Assembly: GCA_965219415.1 (NCBI GenBank)
Contig: CBDCNP010000002.1
Location: forward strand, 2,528,001 to 2,592,000
DNA: 64,000 nt
Reading direction: 5' to 3'
From: Candidatus Marinacidobacterales bacterium
GTDB taxonomy: Bacteria; Acidobacteriota; Vicinamibacteria; Marinacidobacterales; DATDRI01
The position numbers were made by a program, and so were the translations under genes. The notes beneath the pieces were generated by a model. The model searched no databases and had not been told where the DNA came from. It saw only the letters and a list, made by a program, of their open reading frames with translations. Numbering within the stretch: position 1 is the first letter of the stretch; each line of letters starts with the position of its first letter. Below, piece by piece: positions 56,945-64,000 of the stretch.

Positions 56945-57019
56945 AGGGGGCCCTTGGCCCAGTCGCTAAGCTGCTGATTTATGGTCTATTTCAAAAGGGC
57001 CGAGTTTTGGCACAGGACG
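56945..57019. mobile_element. Family B right end
   Basis: CTAAGCTGCTGATTTATGGTCTATTTCAAAAGGGCCGAGTTTTGGCACAGGACG. Confidence 0.8.
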
Positions 57020-57400
57020 GGGTCCTGCCGAGTCAGCAGAAGCTCCGCCATCATGAAGTTGGTCAGGAGAATGTCCGGCGGGTTGTCTGCGACCCGCTGG
57101 CGTTCCTCCTGGTTCTCCTGCCCGGTGTAACGCCGGACCACCGGCTTGAGGTTCTCCGAAAGGCCCGACTGGTCGATGAATCTGTTGATTTCCTTGACCT
57201 GGCTGTTAGCGAGTGCGTTCATCGGGTATACGATGATCGCGCGTGTCCTTGGCCCATAACCGGCCTTCCGTGCACGGATGATGGCATCCACGATCGGAAC
57301 GAAAAAACAGAGGGATTTGCCCGAGCCGGTCCCCGTGGTCACAACGAAACTCTGTCCCGCCCGCGCTTTGGCGAAGGCTTGCCCTTGGTGCCTGTGAAAT
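57020..57400 (-). pseudogene. DEAD/DEAH helicase internal fragment (YprA/DUF1998-type, often defence-linked)
   Basis: HRHQ Q-motif, TTGTGSGKS, YPMNALANSQ, RYTGQE, PPDILLTN. Confidence 0.85.
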
Positions 57401-57586
57401 GGAAGCCGCGCTGTTGGTCACGCTGGATCCAACCAGCGATGGCGACCACCAACCATGTCAAGGGCTGCATCGGCGTGCTCATGACTGGGGATTCTAGCTT
57501 CCATTGGCGAACCAAGCGCAGACACCTCGAATCCGAAACGTCCCGGCGCAAGGGTCTTGAATTCGTTTGTGTTTTTGGACACGACG
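57400..57586 (-). mobile_element. Left end and first codons of another integrase-core element
   Basis: End CGTCGTGTCCAAAAAC; MQPLTWLVVAIAGWIQRDQQR leader typical of this transposase class. Confidence 0.6.
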
Positions 57587-57659
57587 CCCTTGAATGCCCC
57601 CGGTATTTACAGACGCGTCGAACGTTCGCTCTCCCCACTCCAGAAGGATCGTGCGAACA

Positions 57660-57766
57660 GCACGGGTCGCCTATAGCAGAGCCAGTGCCGCGTCGGCTAC
57701 TCTCCGCGAATTTCGAGAACGCCTCTAGGATTCGAGCTTGCGGTTCCGTTCGCGTTTTCGGACACG
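57660..57766. mobile_element. Element end abutting right groEL
   Basis: Homologous to 63620-63728; ends GCGTTTTCGGACACG. Confidence 0.65.
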
Positions 57767-57800
57767 AAAAAAGCCCGGGCCGCGTGAGCGACCCGGGCTC
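57767..57800 (-). terminator. Rho-independent terminator of right groEL
   Basis: GAGCCCGGGTCGC-TCAC-GCGGCCCGGGC-TTTTTT on the minus strand. Confidence 0.85.
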
Positions 57801-57816
57801 TCGGGAAGTGTGTAGC

Positions 57817-59469
<1,653 letters not shown>

Positions 59470-59485
59470 TTACAATACCTCCAAG

Positions 59486-59776
59486 CTATTCCACGATGCC
59501 GAGTACTTCGTCCTCTTTGAGGATGAGGTACTCAGTTCCGTCCAGTTTCACTTCCGAGCCCGAGTATTTGCCGATGAGCACTTTGTCGCCCACCTTCACC
59601 TCGAGCGCAACCTTCTTTCCGTCATTCAAAGTCCGGCCCGATCCGATGGCTATGACTTCGGCCGTCATCGGCTTTTCCTTCGCCGTGTCGGGAATGATGA
59701 TGGATCCGACTTTCTTCTCGTCTATCTCCTCGATCCGCTTCACGACAATGTTGTCCTTTATCGGTTTGATCTTCAT
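59486..59776 (-). CDS. groES: Co-chaperonin GroES, second copy
   Basis: 96 aa; one difference (KLDG vs KLNG). Confidence 0.99.
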   Translation of the reverse strand: MKIKPIKDNIVVKRIEEIDEKKVGSIIIPDTAKEKPMTAEVIAIGSGRTLNDGKKVALEVKVGDKVLIGKYSGSEVKLDGTEYLILKEDEVLGIVE

Positions 59777-59839
59777 TTCTCGATTATTCCTCCTTGTTAT
59801 CTAGGACCGGCCGTCGGGGTCGAACTCCCAAAACGGCGG

Positions 59840-60171
59840 TCAACCACTGATGAGAATCTGACGGCCTTTCTCGCTCGCCTTCTTCGGCATGGTCACCGTC
59901 AGAATGCCCTTCTTGAAATCGGCCTTTACTTTGTCCGTATCGATGCTTGTCGGGAGCTCGAACGTGCAATGGAACAGGCCGTAGGTTCCATGCAAACGAT
60001 GAGAACAAAGCTCTTTTCGGTTTCGTAGAGATCCACAGCGGGGGACCATGCCCCAGTGGTCGACAGCTCTCCCTCGGAGCGCGTGCGCGACAGCGTCTGA
60101 TCGATTCGCCGGTTCATCCGTTCTTGAGGCGCAAGAAGCTCACGCACGGGATCCCAATGGGCGAGTGGCAT
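59840..60171 (-). pseudogene. Hsp20 with internal deletion and frameshift
   Basis: MPLAHWDPVREL..WSPAVDLYETEKSFVL then a shifted frame GTYGLF..KKGILTVTMPKK. Confidence 0.85.
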
Positions 60172-60195
60172 TTGTAATTCATCAACCTCAACATA

Positions 60196-60220
60196 TTAGC
60201 ACTCTACACACCCGAGTGCT
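60196..60220. promoter_or_regulatory. CIRCE (HrcA operator), outer 2 bp replaced by an element terminus
   Basis: TTAGCACTC-TACACACCC-GAGTGCT|TGTGCC versus consensus TTAGCACTC-N9-GAGTGCTAA. Confidence 0.9.
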
Positions 60221-60451
60221 TGTGCCTTCTATTCATTCATCCGCGCGCACCGAACTTGATTAGTCTCCGGTCTGCCAGCACTATGCCGGCATGATTTCGT
60301 CGTTTGTTCGCGCTCTCGTCTCTGCCTTCAAGGCTCGTCGCGAGCTGGCTCTCGAGAATGTCGCTCTTCGCCAGCAGCTCGCCGTGCTCCACCGTTCGGT
60401 GAAACGGCCGCGGCTCTCGAATGTCGACCGCGAGTTTTGGGTGCTGTTGCG
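60221..60451 (+). mobile_element. Family B left end with transposase N-terminus
   Basis: TGTGCCTTCTATTCATTCATCC; MISSFVRAL..RELALENVALRQQLAVL..KRPRL; cut by MITE-A. Confidence 0.85.
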
Positions 60452-60507
60452 GGTGCTTCCGCCATTAAAGTGTTGGTGAGATGACGCTAACACTTTACGC
60501 TGCATTA
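60452..60507. mobile_element. MITE family A, partial, inverted
   Basis: GGTGCTTCCGCCATTAAAGTGTTGGTGAGATGACGCTAA is the reverse complement of the 2460 end. Confidence 0.8.
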
Positions 60508-60628
60508 TCCCCAGGGTACTGGTGCCCTATGTGCCAAGCGGCGTCGCGGTGGATTGCTTTCTACATCGTGCCGTCAAGCTTCGACCCATCCCTCACTGTG
60601 CCTCACCGGCGCATAGTAAGATGGCGCG

Positions 60629-60803
60629 ATGAGCCTCAAACGTATCGTCGAGCAATCCGACACGCGGGCGGGGCGCTGGTTCGATAGGGTTGTCTCCGCT
60701 CTCATCGTCGTCTCGCTCATCACGTTCTCGATCGAAACCCTGCCCAATCTCCCGCCGGCGGCCTCGGCGGTGCTCTATTGGATCGAGTTTGCGACCGTTC
60801 TAC
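60629..60803 (+). pseudogene. Ion transporter/potassium channel N-terminal fragment, cut by IS5
   Basis: IVEQSDTRAGRWFD..LIVVSLITFSIETLP..WIE matches S1-S2 of Kv-like channels. Confidence 0.7.
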
Positions 60804-61892
60804 TGCCTTGGTGCACAACTCCGATAGAGGCCGAGAGCTCGCTTGGCCCCGACTCCCATCATCCGATCATCTCGCTATCAGGCATCCCGAGCACCGTCAT
60901 GGTGTTGAGAATCTTGCACCCGATCCTTGCCTCACCTCTCTGTGCCGCCAACCCTCTCGCTCGCATCGCTGAGCCCACGATAGCCTTGTAGCGATGGAAC
61001 GTTGTCTCGACTTTGCTCCGTTTGCTGTAGCCCGATTCTGTGTGCCACTTTCGTTTGCCGAGCCGAGCTTGTGCTGCAATGTTGCGATTGCGCTGTCGGC
61101 TGCTCGCCGGCCCCGATGCGAGCAGGGCGCCCTTGCGCGGCGGTATCAGCACCCTCGGCGAGCGATGAGCGCTGTGATTCTCGATTGCCTCATAGACGCC
61201 GCCGGCGTCGTATGCGGTGTCAGCTCTGGCCGATGAGATGGGACTGTCGATCTGTCCGACAAGCGATGCAACCCGCGATGAATCGCGGGCTCTTTTGCTC
61301 GTCAGCTCGCCGGCGACGACTTCGCCACTCTGCTCGTCGACACACAGATGGAGCTTGCGATAGTCCCTGCTCTTTTGTGCTCTGCGCAGCTGGCCGGCGT
61401 GGACAGCGAGACCGCTGCTGTCGAACAAGATGTGCAACGGCGTCTTCTGCTTGATTTGGTAGAAGGGGACCTTACCCAGCTTCGGCTTGCGCCTCGAGAT
61501 CGTGGTGTGATCGGGCACATCATTGTCTAGCTTCATCAGAGCGAACAACGACCGCAGCAATCCCTCGCTCTGCCTAGATGACAGATGAAACACCATGCCC
61601 AGGGTGACAGCCGTCTCGATGGCGTGGTTCGAGTACTTGCGTTGACGGCCCGGTTTCCTCCTCCTTGGCCGGGGGCGCGTCCCAGTTCACAAGCTTGCCG
61701 GCGGTGAGCGAGATCCAGACGGTCAGGCTCCCGCGGTTGCGTAGACCCGCCTCATATTCACGCCAATTCCTCACGCGATAGGCCTTCTTCACATACTTCC
61801 CGCTGAGTGCGTTTGAAAATGCTCATGGGGAACCTCGTATCCGCGAGTACAGGACAATTGTGGACCGAGATCGCGAGTTGTGCACCAAGGCA
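60804..61892 (-). mobile_element. IS5-family (IS903-group-like) element
   Basis: Perfect 18-bp inverted repeats TGCCTTGGTGCACAACTC; no clear target duplication. Confidence 0.92.
60859..61826 (-). pseudogene. IS5-family transposase with two frameshifts (about 61800, 61672)
   Basis: YRVRNWREYEAGLRNRGSLTVW, PDHTTISRR, DSSG, ADTAYD, RSKVET. Confidence 0.88.
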
Positions 61893-61992
61893 CCGTATTG
61901 GTACAATTCCGGCGGCCCTGTTACCCTGTCCGTGACTGTTACGGCTGGCCGACGGAGCGGGCCATCACACGCAACTATTCTAGGAGATAAAA

Positions 61993-62319
61993 ATGGCAAT
62001 CAGAATCATTGTTGGCCTCATCTGGCTATTGGCGATTGTGCAGGGCTTGGCCGCTGAGGCAGTTCCCGCTGGGATCGTGGCCCTCGCACTGGTTGTTCTG
62101 GGCTTGGTGTATGGCGGTTTGGCGATCGACGCTGAGGACGCGACAGCCTACTTGGTATTGACTCTTGCAGTCGGCGCTACTGCAGGTGCGGACGTACTGA
62201 GTCACATCCAAGTGATTGGCGGTTCCCTGGACGCCATCGTCGATCAGGTCAGTACCTCTCTTTATGCCGGGGTCGTGACCGTGCTTGCCAAGAGGGCGCT
62301 CAAGCTCGTCAAGGGTTGA
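61993..62319 (+). CDS. Small four-TM membrane protein, hypothetical
   Basis: 108 aa, hydrophobic; AGGAGA RBS. Confidence 0.7.
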   Translation: MAIRIIVGLIWLLAIVQGLAAEAVPAGIVALALVVLGLVYGGLAIDAEDATAYLVLTLAVGATAGADVLSHIQVIGGSLDAIVDQVSTSLYAGVVTVLAKRALKLVKG

Positions 62320-62339
62320 AATCTTGTTTCCAGGAGCTA

Positions 62340-62417
62340 AGGGCCCGGTCGCAAACACAGACACCAAGCTGCTGATTTATAGGCTATTTCAAAAAGCCCG
62401 AGTTTTGGCACAGGACG
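62340..62417. mobile_element. Family B right end
   Basis: AAGCTGCTGATTTATAGGCTATTTCAAAAAGCCCGAGTTTTGGCACAGGACG. Confidence 0.8.
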
Positions 62418-62858
62418 GGACGCTGCAACAGTTTCCGGGAGGCGATTGGGTGCGAGCACGACTATCGATTCGTCATCGTGGACCGCGATGGGAAGTTCTC
62501 AGCAGACCTCCGCCGCTCCGTCCGGGGGATGGGTGTTCGGCCGTTGAGGACGCCGCGCAGAGCACCGCAGGCGAATGCCTATTGTGAGAGACTCATCGGC
62601 ACCACACGCCGGGAGTGCTTGGATTTTCTGATACCGCTGTCGGAGGAACATCTCTGCCGACTCTTGACCGAATGGCGTGACTACTACAATCGGGCGAGAC
62701 CGCATTCATCGCTCGGCCCAAGCCTTCCCACCCCCTGTGTCGAGCTTCCGATGAAACCGGACCAGCACCGACATCAATTACCCGCCCAGCGCGCCGTTGC
62801 CTCGAGGCCGGTCCTTGGTGGGCTCCATCACGATTACCGGTTGGCACGCGTCGTCTGA
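62418..62858 (+). pseudogene. Integrase-core transposase C-terminal fragment
   Basis: DRDGKFS, APQANAYCERLIGT.RRECLD, YNRARPHSSL, GGLHHDY. Confidence 0.85.
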
Positions 62859-63024
62859 CGGAGCTAGGTTCTCGCGGGGAACAACGCGTTCTTTCTGAAG
62901 CACGTTATTGCGTCGGTGGCCCGGCAGCGACAGAGTGCAGAACCTCCACCGAGGCGAACACGAGTTCGCAGGACCTCAACTCCCATGGCTGTCTGCCCGT
63001 CAATTCGCGATCTTCTTTTTTGCG

Positions 63025-63134
63025 GATCATAAGAGATGAGAGCGCGAACAAACGACGAAATCATGCCGGCATGGTGCCGGCAGACCAGAGATTAATCAAG
63101 TTCGGTGCGCGCGGATGAATAAATAGAAGGCACA
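63025..63134 (-). mobile_element. Family B left end, inverted, with MISSFVRAL start
   Basis: GGATGAATAAATAGAAGGCACA is the reverse complement of the left end. Confidence 0.8.
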
Positions 63135-63619
63135 CCGCTCGCGCCAATCTCATGCAGCTCGAGTTTATGGAAGAGACAGGTAATTCAAGTCACGCAGCCT
63201 CGAACGGCTGATCTGCACCGCCCTGACCCCGGCTCACTCTGCGATGCCGCGTTGTCGCAGGGTGGCCTAGAAGGCGAAGCCGCCACCCCCTCGGGTGGGG
63301 CCGGTTGGAATCTGCGGCCAACGCCGACGTCTTTATTAGACGCGATGGCGTTCGCCGGCGCACCCAGGCCAACTGACGCTAGCATTCAAATGCCTCTAGC
63401 GGCGTAGTAACACTGGATGGCAGAAGCACTCTTCGAGTAGTGTAGACTCCTGACATTGAGGTGTTCGATGGCGGACAGGCGCGTGTGCTCTGCAAAAAGT
63501 CTATCCGGCGTTGGTTGCGCGTTTTGGACCTGCTATGGTCGGCTGCTTCTGACGGATCTTCTTTTTTGCGGATCACAGCGCAAGCTGGACGGAACGGATG
63601 GTTTGGAGGAGAGCTTCTG

Positions 63620-64000
63620 CTCGGCCTCGCCTATCGCAGACCCCGTGCCGCATCGGCAGGTCTCCGCGAGTTTCAAGAACGCCTCTAAGATTCGAGATTG
63701 CGGCTCCGTTCGCGTTTTCGGACATGACGGGAATCATCAAGGCAAGGAGAATCTGCTGCTGTTCCCAGCCAGCGACCAGTTACCTCAGTCCGAGCGCAAG
63801 GTGCGCTCCCGTGAACGGCTTGGCGGGTTGCTACGTTTCTACCATCGGGAAGCCGCATGAGTATTTTGACCTCACGGGGGGCTCCATCACGATTACCGGT
63901 GGTCGAGCGTCGCCTGACTGACCTAGCTTCTCGCGACCAACAACGCGTTCTTTATCCAACACATTACTGTGTCGGTGGCCCGGCGGCGACAGTGTGCAGA
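63620..64000 (+). mobile_element. Three stacked element remnants (ends at 63728 and 63876; 63877-64000 repeats about 62820-62940)
   Basis: Direct homology to 57660-57766, to 7790-7935 (rc) and to 62820-62940. Confidence 0.75.

Noticed and set aside
60795-61901. Target duplication around IS5 (CCGTTCTAC vs CCGTATTGG)
   Set aside because: Only the first 4 bases match and the channel gene does not resume after the element.
63320-63345. CGTCTTTATTAGACG imperfect palindrome as a dif-like or recombination site
   Set aside because: Single occurrence and poor match to the XerC/XerD consensus.

Overview
GC-rich bacterial DNA. The gene content (ADOP-type ABC permease, Ser/Thr kinase-TPR, CRTAC1/ASPIC, Oar-type TonB receptor, VPS10-repeat protein) suggests Acidobacteriota, probably marine; this is an inference. 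The window is bracketed by two near-identical, inverted hsp20(pseudo)-groES-groEL copies (1-2295 and 57733-60027, colinear with no indels). Each copy is abutted by termini of integrase-core (IS481-like) elements, and the CIRCE operator of the right copy is cut by such a terminus. Two mobile-element graveyards (about 2.3-14.3 kb, ending at tRNA-Ser(CGA), and 55.5-64 kb) contain IS481-like, IS256, IS3, IS5 and IS200-like pieces, at least three small MITE-like families, and gene fragments clipped exactly at element ends (TonB receptor, HsdR, helicase, ion channel). They also hold one intact cargo gene, a DddK/DddW-like cupin that is a candidate DMSP lyase. The core (14.3-55.5 kb) is a peptide/amide-scavenging region: TonB receptor, M14, S41 tricorn, S9, GGT, three D-aminoacylase-type amidohydrolases, two serine hydrolases, hutI, a 2OG-oxygenase pair, BlaI/M56 and ArsR-SRPBCC regulators with visible operators, and an IS3-interrupted kinase. 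Many genes carry frameshifts or microhomology deletions, which could be decay, long-read error or both. All family calls come from motif recognition; no database search was run.
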